Shown here one piece after another: positions 16,549 through 25,441 of a stretch of 32,000 bases of DNA. Under the pieces are notes generated by a model, which was given only the letters and a program-made list of their open reading frames with translations, did not search any database and was not told the origin of the DNA. The stretch comes from Cupriavidus necator (lineage in GTDB: Bacteria > Pseudomonadota > Gammaproteobacteria > Burkholderiales > Burkholderiaceae), in NCBI RefSeq assembly GCF_016127575.1, contig NZ_CP066019.1:1440001-1472000 (forward strand), in the 5' to 3' direction. Numbering within the stretch: the stretch's first letter is position 1; each line of letters starts with the position of its first letter. The position numbers and the translations under genes are program-made.

Positions 16549-17757
16549 ATGCGCAGAGCTGCAATCGTCACTCCCCTCCGCACGCCCGTCGGCACCTTCG
16601 GCGGCAGCTTGCGCCCGGTGCCTGTGGAGGAACTGGCCGCCACCGCCGTGCGCGCCGTGGTGGAACGCAGCGGCATCGATCCCGCGCGTATCGACGACGT
16701 GGTCTTTGCCCAGTCCTACGCCAACAGCGAAGTGCCCTGCGTCGGCCGCTGGGCCGCGCTGCAGGCCGGCCTGCCGGTCGAGGTGCCGGGCATGCAGCTG
16801 GACCGCCGCTGCGGCGGCGGCCTGCAGGCCATCGTCACGGCCTCGATGATGGTGCAAAGCGGCGCCGCCGACGTGGTGATCGCGGGCGGCGTCGAGAGCA
16901 TGAGCAATATCGAGTACTACACCACCGACATGCGCTGGGGCGCGCGCTCGGGCAATGTGCGCTTCTTCGACCGCCTCGACCGTGGCCGTGAACGCTCCCA
17001 GCCGGTCGAGCGCTTCGGCAAGATCTCCGGGATGATCGAGACCGCCGAGAACCTGGCGCGCGACTACGGCATCAGCCGCGAGGCGGCCGATGTCTTCGCC
17101 GCCCGCAGCCACGCACGCGCCGCGGCAGCCTGGGAGGCCGGCCGCTTCGATGCCGAGGTCGTGCCCGTGCAGGTGCCCCAGCGCAAGGGCGATCCGGTGC
17201 GGTTCGCGCGCGACGAAGGCTTCCGCCCGGAAACCACGCGTGAAAGCCTTGGCAAGCTGCGCACGCTGATGCCGAACGGTACCGTCACCGCTGGCAACGC
17301 CAGCCAGCAGAATGACGCGTCGGCCGCCTGCCTGATCGTGGCCGAAGACAAGCTGGCCGAACTGTGCCTGACCCCCATGGCCTCGCTGGTGGGCTGGGCG
17401 GCGGCCGGCTGCGAGCCCTCGCACATGGGCATCGGCCCGGTGCCCGCGGTGAAGAAGCTGCTGGCGCGCCTGAACCTGACGCTGGACCAGATGGACCTGG
17501 TCGAGCTGAACGAAGCCTTCGCCTGCCAGGTGCTGGCCGTGCTCAAGGGCTGGGAATGGCATGACCAGGATGCGATCGAGCAGAAGCTGAACGTGAACGG
17601 CTCGGGCATCTCGCTGGGCCATCCGATCGGCGCCACCGGCGTGCGCATCCTGGCCACGCTGCTGCATGAACTGCAGCGCCGTGGCGGCCGCTATGGCCTG
17701 GAAACCATGTGCATCGGCGGCGGCCAGGGTATTGCCGCGGTCTTCGAACGCTACTGA
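16549..17757 (+). CDS. Acetyl-CoA C-acyltransferase (thiolase).
   Basis: 402 aa from MRRAAIVTPLRTPVGTFGG.... The active-site regions are present: QLDRRCGGGLQA, NGSGISLGHPIGATG, CIGGGQGIA. AAGGAGA lies 5 nt upstream of the ATG at 16549. Confidence 0.93.
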   Translation: MRRAAIVTPLRTPVGTFGGSLRPVPVEELAATAVRAVVERSGIDPARIDDVVFAQSYANSEVPCVGRWAALQAGLPVEVPGMQLDRRCGGGLQAIVTASMMVQSGAADVVIAGGVESMSNIEYYTTDMRWGARSGNVRFFDRLDRGRERSQPVERFGKISGMIETAENLARDYGISREAADVFAARSHARAAAAWEAGRFDAEVVPVQVPQRKGDPVRFARDEGFRPETTRESLGKLRTLMPNGTVTAGNASQQNDASAACLIVAEDKLAELCLTPMASLVGWAAAGCEPSHMGIGPVPAVKKLLARLNLTLDQMDLVELNEAFACQVLAVLKGWEWHDQDAIEQKLNVNGSGISLGHPIGATGVRILATLLHELQRRGGRYGLETMCIGGGQGIAAVFERY

Positions 17758-17780
17758 GAAAACCCACTCCATTCACCGTA

Positions 17781-17808
17781 CAGCCCCCGTGCGCGACGGC
17801 GGGGGCTG
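17781..17808 (+). terminator. Hairpin after the thiolase gene, followed by a T-rich tract.
   Basis: CAGCCCCCG-(10 nt)-CGGGGGCTG, then CCTTTTGCCTTTTGCTTTTCGGCTTTTGCC extending to about 17846. Confidence 0.5.
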
Positions 17809-17876
17809 AGCCTGCCTTTTGCCTTTTGCTTTTCGGCTTTTGCCATCGGCTCTTTGCTTTACGTAGGAGAAGTATC

Positions 17877-18863
17877 TTGATTTCCACCTCACGCCGCCAC
17901 GCCATGCTGGCCGCCCTGGCTCTGTGCGGCGCAACCCTGGCTACTCCCCCTGCCTCGGCACAGCCCAACGGCCAGCCGGTGCGCCTCGTGGTCGGCTACG
18001 CGGCCGGCGGCCCCGCCGACCAGGCCGCGCGCCTGTTTGCGGTGGCGTTGGGCAAGGCGCTCAACGCCAACGTCATCGTCGACAACAAGCCCGGCGCCAA
18101 TGCCACGCTGGCCGGCTATGAAGTGGTCCGCGCCAGGCCCGACGGCGCCACGCTGTGGTTCGCCGCCAGCGCGGCGCTGACGGTCGCGCCCAACATCATG
18201 AAGAGCCTGCCGTACGACCCGGCCAAGGACCTCGCCCCGGTGGCACCGGTGGCGCGCTACTACAACATGCTGGTGGCCAACGTCAAGGAGCCGTTCAAGG
18301 GCACCCAGGACCTGGTTGCCTACGCCAGGGCGCATCCCGGCAAGCTCAGCTACGGCTCCTCGGGCGTCGGCAGCTCCAACCACGTCGCCATGGCCCTGTT
18401 CGCCCGGCAGGCGCAGGTCCAGCTGAACCATATTCCCTACAAGGGCAATGCCCCGGCCATGACCGACACCATCGGCGGCCAGATCGACGTGATGTTCGAT
18501 ATCATCAGCACCGCCAGCGGCTATGTGCAGAGCGGCAAGGTCAAGCCCATCGCCGTGGGCTCGCCCAAGCGCAGCGCATCGCTGCCCGGCGTGCCCACCT
18601 TCCGCGAATCCGGGATTGCCGGCCTCAAGGACTACGAAGCCGGCGGCTGGTACGCCATCTACGCCCCCAAGGGCGTAACCCCCGAGCAGACCCAGAAGCT
18701 GGCCGCAGCAGTGCGGCAGGCCGTGGAAGACGTTGAGCTCAGGAAGCGCTATGCCGAACTGGGCTACGAACAGTGGAGCGGCACCACGCAGGATGTCGTG
18801 AACACCGCCGCGCGCGAGCGCACGCAGTGGGCCAGCGTGCTCAAGGGCGTGACGCTGGACTGA
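17877..18863 (+). CDS. Bug-family (TctC-like) periplasmic substrate-binding protein of a tripartite tricarboxylate transporter.
   Basis: 328 aa. TTG at 17877 is preceded by AGGAGA with a 6-nt spacer. That start gives the signal peptide (M)ISTSRRHAMLAALALCGATLATPPASA, followed by the Bug hallmark PVRLVVGYAAGGPAD. The alternative start is ATG at 17904. Confidence 0.88.
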   Translation: MISTSRRHAMLAALALCGATLATPPASAQPNGQPVRLVVGYAAGGPADQAARLFAVALGKALNANVIVDNKPGANATLAGYEVVRARPDGATLWFAASAALTVAPNIMKSLPYDPAKDLAPVAPVARYYNMLVANVKEPFKGTQDLVAYARAHPGKLSYGSSGVGSSNHVAMALFARQAQVQLNHIPYKGNAPAMTDTIGGQIDVMFDIISTASGYVQSGKVKPIAVGSPKRSASLPGVPTFRESGIAGLKDYEAGGWYAIYAPKGVTPEQTQKLAAAVRQAVEDVELRKRYAELGYEQWSGTTQDVVNTAARERTQWASVLKGVTLD

Positions 18864-18914
18864 TGGTCCCGCCCCCTCGAACCGACACCGACCCGACACC
18901 CAGGAAGAACCGAC

Positions 18915-20072
18915 ATGATCCGCGATAACGACATCCTCGAAGCCCTGCTCGACAGCGTGCGCCGCTTTGTGCGCGAGCGCCTGGTGCCCGCCGAGGCGCT
19001 GGTCGCCGAGACCGACGAAATCCCGCAGGATATCGTGCAGGACATGCGCGAGATGGGCCTGTTCGGCATGACCATCCCCGAGGGCTTTGGCGGCCTGGAG
19101 CTGACCATGGAGGAGGAAGTGCGCGTGGTCATGGAGCTGTGCCAGACCTCGCCGGCCTTCCGCTCGCTGCTGGGCACCACCGTGGGCATCGGCTCGCAGG
19201 GCATCCTGATGGATGGCACGCCGGAGCAGCAGGCCGCGTGGCTGCCCCGCCTGGCCACCGGCGAGATCCTGGCCTCCTTTGCCCTGACCGAACCGGATGC
19301 CGGCTCGGACGCCGGTTCGCTGCGCACCACCGCGGTCAGGAATGGCGACCACTACGTGGTCAACGGCACCAAGCGCTTTATCACCAACGCGCCGCAGGCC
19401 GGCATGTTCACGCTGATGGCGCGTACCAACCCTGAAATCAAGGGCTCGGCCGGCGTCTCGGCATTTATCGTCGATGCCAGGACGCCCGGCATCAGCTTCG
19501 GCAAGCGCGACGTGAAGATGGGGCAGAAAGGCGCGCATACCTGCGACGTGATCTTCGACAACGTGCGCGTACCGGCCGAGAACCTGATCGGCCTGAAGGA
19601 AGGCCAGGGCTTCAAGACGGCGATGAAGGTGCTCGACAAGGGCCGGCTGCACATTGCGGCGGTCAGCGTCGGGGTGGCCAGGCGCGTGCTGCGCGACGCG
19701 CTGAACTACGCACTGGAGCGCCAGCAGTTCGGCCAGCCGATCTGCGAGTTCCAGCTGATCCAGGCCATGCTGGCCGACAGCCAGGCCGAGCTTTATGCCG
19801 CCGAATGCATGGTGATCGACGCCGCGCGCCGCCGCGACGAAGGCAGGAACGTCTCCACCGAAGCCTCGTGCTGCAAGATGTTCGCCACCGAGATGGTGGG
19901 CCGCGTGGCGGACCGCGCGGTACAGATTCTCGGCGGTTCCGGCTATATTTCCGAGTTCGGCATCGAGCGCTTCTACCGCGATGTGCGCCTGTTCCGCCTG
20001 TATGAGGGCACCACGCAGATCCAGCAGGTCATCATCGCGCGCAACATGATCCGTGAGGCCCGCGGCGCGTAA
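18915..20072 (+). CDS. Acyl-CoA dehydrogenase (MCAD/SCAD-like, with the canonical YEGT catalytic Glu).
   Basis: 385 aa. It has ALTEPDAGSDAGS, GTKRFITNA and RLYEGTTQIQQVIIAR. AGGAAG lies upstream of the ATG at 18915. Confidence 0.92.
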   Translation: MIRDNDILEALLDSVRRFVRERLVPAEALVAETDEIPQDIVQDMREMGLFGMTIPEGFGGLELTMEEEVRVVMELCQTSPAFRSLLGTTVGIGSQGILMDGTPEQQAAWLPRLATGEILASFALTEPDAGSDAGSLRTTAVRNGDHYVVNGTKRFITNAPQAGMFTLMARTNPEIKGSAGVSAFIVDARTPGISFGKRDVKMGQKGAHTCDVIFDNVRVPAENLIGLKEGQGFKTAMKVLDKGRLHIAAVSVGVARRVLRDALNYALERQQFGQPICEFQLIQAMLADSQAELYAAECMVIDAARRRDEGRNVSTEASCCKMFATEMVGRVADRAVQILGGSGYISEFGIERFYRDVRLFRLYEGTTQIQQVIIARNMIREARGA

Positions 20073-20119
20073 GCACCGCGCCCCGCGCCAATACACCTGA
20101 ACCATGCCCGCGCGCAACG

Positions 20120-20142
20120 CTGCCCGTCCCCAGGACGGGCAG
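20120..20142 (+). other. Intergenic stem-loop between the ACAD and CoA-transferase genes.
   Basis: CTGCCCGTCC-CCA-GGACGGGCAG, a 10-bp perfect stem with no U-tract. Confidence 0.4.
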
Positions 20143-20168
20143 CCTGCCTTGAGACCGCCTGACCTGAC

Positions 20169-21467
20169 ATGACAGATTCCACCGCTACGCCGGCCGCTGG
20201 CCTTCCTCCCCCCTCCGCCCGCACCGGCGCCCTGAGTCACCTGCGCGTGCTCGATCTCTCGCGCGTGCTGGCCGGACCGTGGTCAACCCAGAACCTGGCG
20301 GACATGGGCGCCGACGTGATCAAGATCGAAAAACCCGGCGAAGGCGACGATACGCGCCACTGGGGGCCCCCTTTCCTCGCCGACGAGGCCGGCGCGCCGA
20401 CCCGGCAGGCTTGCTATTTCACCGCCGCCAACCGCAACAAGCGCTCGGTCACCGTGGACATGGCCACGCCCGAGGGACAGGAGCTGATCCGCGAGCTGGC
20501 CCGGCAGAGCGATGTGGTGGTGGAGAATTTCAAGACCGGCGGCCTCAAGCGCTACGGGCTGGACTATGACAGCCTGAGCGCGCTCAACCCGCGCCTGATC
20601 TATTGCTCGGTCACGGGGTTTGGCCACACCGGACCCTACGCGGCGCGGCCCGGCTACGACCTGCTGATCCAGGCCATGAGCGGCCTGATGAGCATCACCG
20701 GCCACGCCGACGGCGAGCCCGGCGGCGGCCCGATGAAGGTAGGCGTGGCCGTGATCGACCTGTTCACCGGCATGTACGCCACCACCGCGATCCTGAGCGC
20801 GCTGGAAGCGCGCCACTTCACCGGCCGCGGCCAGCATATCGACATCGCCCTGCTGGATGTGGCGATGGCGGTGCTGGCCAACCAGGGCGCGGGCTTCCTG
20901 AACGCCGGCGACGTGCCGCGGCGCCAAGGCAATATCCACCCTAGCGTGGTGCCCTACCAGGACTTCCCGACCGCCGACGGCAATATGCTGCTGGCCATCG
21001 GCAACGACGGGCAGTTCGCACGCTTCTGCGACGCCGCGGGCGTGGACTGGGCGCGCGACGAGCGCTATGCCACCAATACCGGCCGCGTCAACAACCGCAA
21101 GACGCTGATCGCGATGATGATGGAGCTCACGCGCACCCGGTCCACGGCGCAATGGGTCGCGCTGCTGGAAGCCAATTCCGTGCCTTGCGGCCCCATCAAC
21201 AATATCGCCCAGGCCCACGCCGACCCCCATGTGCAACACCGTGGCCTGCGCGTCGAGCAAGAGCGCTATCCGGGAGCCCAGCCGCCCGCCGGCGAGCCAG
21301 TGAACCACGTGGTCACCACGGCCAGCCCGCTGCGCCTGTCAGAGACGCCCCCGACGCTGCGCTACGCCCCGCCCGCGCTGGGCCAGCACACCGACGAGGT
21401 GCTGCGCGACTACCTGAAGCTGAGCCCGCAGCAACTGGAAGCACTGCGCGCCAGGCGCGTGGTGTAA
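20169..21467 (+). CDS. CaiB/BaiF family (class III) CoA-transferase.
   Basis: 432 aa. It has LRVLDLSRVLAGPWSTQNLADMGADVIKIE and GYDLLIQAMSGLMSITG, both typical of family III CoA-transferases. Confidence 0.9.
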   Translation: MTDSTATPAAGLPPPSARTGALSHLRVLDLSRVLAGPWSTQNLADMGADVIKIEKPGEGDDTRHWGPPFLADEAGAPTRQACYFTAANRNKRSVTVDMATPEGQELIRELARQSDVVVENFKTGGLKRYGLDYDSLSALNPRLIYCSVTGFGHTGPYAARPGYDLLIQAMSGLMSITGHADGEPGGGPMKVGVAVIDLFTGMYATTAILSALEARHFTGRGQHIDIALLDVAMAVLANQGAGFLNAGDVPRRQGNIHPSVVPYQDFPTADGNMLLAIGNDGQFARFCDAAGVDWARDERYATNTGRVNNRKTLIAMMMELTRTRSTAQWVALLEANSVPCGPINNIAQAHADPHVQHRGLRVEQERYPGAQPPAGEPVNHVVTTASPLRLSETPPTLRYAPPALGQHTDEVLRDYLKLSPQQLEALRARRVV

Positions 21468-21551
21468 GCGGCCAGGCGGCTTTCGGCAGACAAGAAATCC
21501 GCCTTTGCCGATTACCGATTGCACCGTGCAACGGGCGCACATACACTGGCG

Positions 21552-21587
21552 CCGTTCGGCTGGCCCCCGCCTCGCCGAACGGTTTTT
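21552..21587 (+). terminator. Canonical-looking intrinsic terminator or attenuator hairpin, 22 nt upstream of the ligase start codon.
   Basis: CCGTTCGGC (21552-21560) pairs with GCCGAACGG (21574-21582). Three extra GC pairs are possible inside the loop. TTTTT follows at 21583-21587. Confidence 0.6.
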
Positions 21588-21609
21588 CCAGCACAAGGAT
21601 TCCCGCGAG

Positions 21610-23142
21610 ATGCCACCGGACCGAGACACCCCACCACGGATCAGCGACATCCCTCGCCGCTGGGCCGCCGAGACCCCCGGCCATGTGGCCGTCTTCGAGG
21701 AAGGCCGGACCACCACCTATGCGCAGCTGTGGGCGGGCATCGAGGATGCGCAGCGCTACCTGCAAGCGCAGGGCGTGGGCACCGGCGATCGGGTGCTGAT
21801 CACGGCCGAGAACTGCCTGGCGGTGATCACGCTGGTGTTCGCCTTGTCGGAACTGGGCGCGTGGCCGGTCGTCGTCAACGCCCGCCTGTCGGAGCGGGAA
21901 ATCGAGGTGATCCGCGCCCACTGCCAGCCGCGCCTGATGCTGTTCACCCACGCGGTGTCGCCCGATGCCCTGCGGCACGGCGTGCGCTACCGGGCCAGGG
22001 AGATTGCCCCGGCCGGCCTCGGCCCGCTGATGGCGGGCGCTGTCGACGAGGCCGGCGAGCGCGAGCCTGAAGCGCTCGCGCGTGATGTCGCCGCGTTGAT
22101 CTATACCTCCGGCACCACCGGACAGCCCAAGGGCGTGATGGTCACCCACCGGGGCCTGCTGCACTTTGCGCGCGTCACGGTCGAGTCGCGCCGCATGCAG
22201 GCAGACGACTGCGCCTATGCGGTCATGCCGATGTCGCATGTGTTCGGGCTGGGGACGCTGCTGGTCTCGACCCTGCAGGCCGGCGCCAGCCTGTACCTGA
22301 GCGCGCGTTTCAATGCCGCTGATGTCACCGCCGCGATCCGGCAGGGTGCGATCACGCTGCTGCAGGGCGTGCCGACAATGTTCAACCGCATCGTCGCCCA
22401 TGTGCGGGCAACGGGCACGCCCCTGCAGGCTTCGCCGCGGCTGCGCTATCTCTACACCGGCGGCGGGCCGCTTGATCCGACGCTCAAGCACGACGTCGAG
22501 GCGATGTTCGGCCAGCCGCTGCACCATGGCTACGGCATGACCGAATATGCGGGGTCGCTGTTCGTGACCCGCATGGACCGGCCGCGCACCGATTGCTCGG
22601 CGGGCGAGATCGTCGAAGGTGCAGAGCTGCGGGTAGTCGGGCCGGAGGGCAAGCCGGTGCCGCAGGGGCAACCCGGCGAGCTATGGATCAGGGGGCCCGG
22701 CGTGATGCGCGGCTACTACCGCGCACCGGACCTGAGCGCCGAGGCCCTGCGGCCCGACGGCTGGCTCAATACCGGCGACATCGGCCGGCTGGACCCCGGC
22801 GGCGCGCTGTTCATCGTCGGCCGCACCAAGGACCTGATCATCCGCTCGGGCTTCAATGTCTACCCGATCGAAGTCGAATCGGTCATCAACACGCATCCGT
22901 CCGTGCGCGTATCAGCCGTCATCGGGCAGCCCACCGCGGACGGCAACGAGGAAGTGATCGCCTTCGTCGAGATCAGGGATGGCGAGAAATTTGACGCGCA
23001 GGCGCTGCACGACTACCTGGTCGACCGCCTGTCGCCGTACAAGCGCCCGGAGCGGATCCTGCGCGTTGCCTCGATCCCCACCACGGCCAGCGGCAAGCTG
23101 CTGAAGCACCAGCTACGGCAGATGCTGGCGGACAAGGCCTAG
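21610..23142 (+). CDS. AMP-dependent acyl-CoA synthetase/ligase.
   Basis: 510 aa from [11 protein letters not shown].... The AMP-binding motifs are present: [26 protein letters not shown], and a C-terminal SGKLLK. The ORF-track TTG start at 21505 would place the terminator hairpin inside the coding sequence. Confidence 0.9.
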   Translation: MPPDRDTPPRISDIPRRWAAETPGHVAVFEEGRTTTYAQLWAGIEDAQRYLQAQGVGTGDRVLITAENCLAVITLVFALSELGAWPVVVNARLSEREIEVIRAHCQPRLMLFTHAVSPDALRHGVRYRAREIAPAGLGPLMAGAVDEAGEREPEALARDVAALIYTSGTTGQPKGVMVTHRGLLHFARVTVESRRMQADDCAYAVMPMSHVFGLGTLLVSTLQAGASLYLSARFNAADVTAAIRQGAITLLQGVPTMFNRIVAHVRATGTPLQASPRLRYLYTGGGPLDPTLKHDVEAMFGQPLHHGYGMTEYAGSLFVTRMDRPRTDCSAGEIVEGAELRVVGPEGKPVPQGQPGELWIRGPGVMRGYYRAPDLSAEALRPDGWLNTGDIGRLDPGGALFIVGRTKDLIIRSGFNVYPIEVESVINTHPSVRVSAVIGQPTADGNEEVIAFVEIRDGEKFDAQALHDYLVDRLSPYKRPERILRVASIPTTASGKLLKHQLRQMLADKA

Positions 23143-23156
23143 TCCGCCGGGCGCCC

Positions 23157-24059
23157 TCAGTCCTGGCGCCCGAGTCCGTCCTCGACCAGCAGGTCCACCA
23201 GCTTGCGCGCAAACAGCGGCAAGGCGCCGAGGTCGGCCACGCATATCTGCAGCTTGCGCTCGGCCCATTCATCGTTGAGCTGGACGATGCGCAGCGCCAT
23301 CGTCTTCGCATGGCGGCTGGCGGTAGTCTCCGGCAACACGCCGACGCCGACATTGGCCTCGATCATCCGGCACGCGGTCTCGAAGTTGCTGACCTGCACG
23401 CGCCAGCGCAGCGTGCGCTGCAGGTCGGTCGCGGCCCGCAACAGGAAATTGTGGATCGCGCTGGCCTCGGGCAGGCCGATGAAGTCGTAGTCCAGCGTAT
23501 CGATAAAATCCACGCTGCCGCGCTCGGCCAGCGGATGGCTCAGCGCGGTGGCCAGCACCAGGCGGTCGCGCCGGTACGGCATCACCTCCAGCCCTTCCGT
23601 GCGCACGTTGCCGGCAATGATGCCGATATCCACCATGCCCTCCTGCACCGCGCGCACGATATCCGGGCTCAGGCGCTCGTGCATGTCGATGGTCACGTCC
23701 GGATGGCTGACGAGATAACTGCGCAGCACCGCCGGCAGGAATTCGCTCATCGCGGTGGTGTTGGCGAACACGCGCACATGGCCTTTCACGCCCGCCGCAT
23801 ATTCCTGCAGATCGCCGCTCAGTTGCTCCAGCTGGCGCAGCACGCGGCGCGCGTGGGCGAGCAGGGTCTCCCCCGCCCCGGTCACCTTCACGCCCTGGCT
23901 GCTGCGGCTCAGCAGCTTGACGCCGACGTGTTCCTCGAGGTTCTTGATGCGCGTGCTGGCCGCGGCCAGCGACAGGTGCGAGCGTTGCGCACCGCCGGTC
24001 AGGCTCTGGGCCTCCGCAATATGCGTGAACAGTTTCAGGTCGACCAGATCAAAGCGCAT
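23157..24059 (-). CDS. LysR-family transcriptional regulator.
   Basis: 300 aa. The N-terminal HTH is LKLFTHIAEAQSLTGGAQRSHLSLAAASTRIKNLEEHVGVKLLSR, followed by a LysR substrate-binding-type C-terminal part. Confidence 0.92.
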   Translation of the reverse strand: MRFDLVDLKLFTHIAEAQSLTGGAQRSHLSLAAASTRIKNLEEHVGVKLLSRSSQGVKVTGAGETLLAHARRVLRQLEQLSGDLQEYAAGVKGHVRVFANTTAMSEFLPAVLRSYLVSHPDVTIDMHERLSPDIVRAVQEGMVDIGIIAGNVRTEGLEVMPYRRDRLVLATALSHPLAERGSVDFIDTLDYDFIGLPEASAIHNFLLRAATDLQRTLRWRVQVSNFETACRMIEANVGVGVLPETTASRHAKTMALRIVQLNDEWAERKLQICVADLGALPLFARKLVDLLVEDGLGRQD

Positions 24060-24153
24060 GACATCATTCCGCAGCGTAAGGGCGGATTATCTCGCAAAGC
24101 GCGGCGTTCAGTACACTCTGGCGGGCGCAATTCGCAGTGGCCGGCACCCTCGC

Positions 24154-24174
24154 ATCCGGGACCTGATCCCGGAT
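24154..24174 (-). other. Hairpin 35 nt downstream of the AraC-family gene. It is a weak terminator candidate.
   Basis: ATCCGGGA-CCTGA-TCCCGGAT, an 8-bp stem with no adjacent U-tract. Confidence 0.3.
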
Positions 24175-24208
24175 CCTTGCGAACGTCCGGTAGATTTTTG
24201 GGAACGAG

Positions 24209-24805
24209 TCAGGCGACGGAGCGCCGCCGCTGCGCTGCGCGCGCGACCGCCAACCGGCTGGCAGCTTCCATCGATAAGCCGAAGCGGTCGTAGAAAGCGC
24301 AGTCCAGATCACTGCTGGCTGGCCAGCCGACGCGCCGCCGGGCATCGCCAATGCCGGCATCACCGGCCATGACCTCGAACAGCAACCGCATCAGCCGTTG
24401 CGTGCGGCACAGCTCGGTCAGCGCCGTGCCCTGCGAAAACAGCATGCGGCGCAGCTGTGCCGTGGACATGCCCAGCCGTTCCGCGATAAACGCGGCATTC
24501 CAGGCGTAATGGGGTTGCAGGAAGACCCGCTTGCAGATGCGGTGGTGCAGGCATTCCTGCTGCGCCGCGGGGATCATGCGCTGGATTTCGAGGGTGCACG
24601 CGGCCGGCTGAGTGCTGCTGCCATCCAGGTGCAGCGCAAAGGTTTCAAACGGTTCGATGGTGAGCTGCTGGCCCGGCAGCAGCACACGCTCATAGCCGCG
24701 GCGCCTGAGCACCAGCCTGCCGTGGGCCGCAGAGACCGCCAGCGGGAAAGCCAGCAACAGCCGCTGCAGGCTGACGTGCATGTGGGACTGCAGATGGACG
24801 TGCAT
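24209..24805 (-). CDS. Short AraC/XylS-family HTH transcriptional regulator.
   Basis: 198 aa. The C-terminal half has the AraC-type double HTH pattern (WNAAFIAERLGMSTAQLRRMLFSQGTALTELCRTQRL...GWPASSDLDCAFYDRFGLS). No SD precedes either candidate ATG (24805 or 24781). Confidence 0.7.
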   Translation of the reverse strand: MHVHLQSHMHVSLQRLLLAFPLAVSAAHGRLVLRRRGYERVLLPGQQLTIEPFETFALHLDGSSTQPAACTLEIQRMIPAAQQECLHHRICKRVFLQPHYAWNAAFIAERLGMSTAQLRRMLFSQGTALTELCRTQRLMRLLFEVMAGDAGIGDARRRVGWPASSDLDCAFYDRFGLSMEAASRLAVARAAQRRRSVA

Positions 24806-25289
24806 GGTGGCTCGGGATGCGGACAGGATCAGACTGCATGATCGCCGCTAATCGGATTGCCCGCCTCTGCCATTTCCGAATGCACCGTTCACCGCCGCCC
24901 CATGGCCGTTCGTGTACGATGGACTCCCGCACTGCCGAATCAGAAGCCCGTTGCGTCAACCCGCGCCAGTGCTGACTTCTCGTGCATGCCAGAGGAAACG
25001 CCGGATCCGGCATACCCCCGTCAACGTGTACGGGTTCTCGTCGTCTCGGGCAAGGGACAGTGAGCACCTGCGCGAAGCAGTCCAACGAATTCGCGCTCAA
25101 GTCAGTGCAGTCTCGCTATTTCCGCTTCTAATACGGGAAAGCGCTGGCCGAATTCACTGATAAGTGGTTGATTTTCCGGAAAACGCAGCCTCACGAATTC
25201 CGGATCCTCGCACTTCAACGGCCATTGTGATGGATAAAACCGAAGGCGCCGCTTGATGCGGATCCTGGCTAGACCACCCCTCACCCCGG

Positions 25290-25410
25290 CCCTCTCCCCA
25301 TGAGGGGAAAGGGAGAACATCTTGCTTAGGCTGGTTCCGGTGGCTTTGGCGCACCCAAGACTGTTGGCATTTTGTCTGGGTGCTCGCTCTCCCGCTTGGG
25401 GAGAGATCAC
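25290..25410. repeat. Cluster of REP-like hairpins downstream of the molybdopterin oxidoreductase gene.
   Basis: 25290-25318 reads CCCTCTCCCC-ATGA-GGGGAAAGGGAGAAC, with one stem mismatch. 25351-25383 reads GCACCCAAGAC...GTCTGGGTGC, a bulged stem. 25380-25410 reads GTGCTCGCTCTCCC-GCTT-GGGGAGAGATCAC. The first and third resemble the hairpin at 3863-3900. Confidence 0.55.
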
Positions 25411-25441
25411 CGCACGCAGGCCATGCCGACTTGCTCGAAGA

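Noticed and set aside
16549-17757. Assigning the thiolase as the missing PaaJ of the phenylacetate pathway.
   Set aside because: It lies about 5 kb from the paa genes in a different operon with unrelated CoA enzymes. Nothing in the sequence links it to PaaX control.
17811-17846. A (G)CCTTTTGC-like microrepeat after the thiolase gene.
   Set aside because: It is short and imperfect. It is best explained as the T-rich tail of the preceding terminator hairpin and the upstream region of the Bug gene.
17889-20240. A 783-aa ORF on the - strand across the Bug and ACAD genes.
   Set aside because: It has the same antisense-artefact signature. The sense-strand genes have clear family motifs and ribosome-binding sites.
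24857-25160. Small + strand ORFs (68 and 82 aa) inside the 636-bp non-coding region. ORFs 24690-25100 and 25102-25650 on the - strand are similar cases.
   Set aside because: They have no SD and Arg-rich, implausible sequences. Part of them is generated by the REP hairpins (the SPHGER-type peptides).
24169-25265. An apparent clustering of the CCGGATCC/GCGGATCC octamer around the AraC gene.
   Set aside because: GGATCC-containing octamers also occur repeatedly inside coding regions across the window, for example near 2475, 3510, 4666 and 23056. The clustering is therefore not clearly significant by eye.
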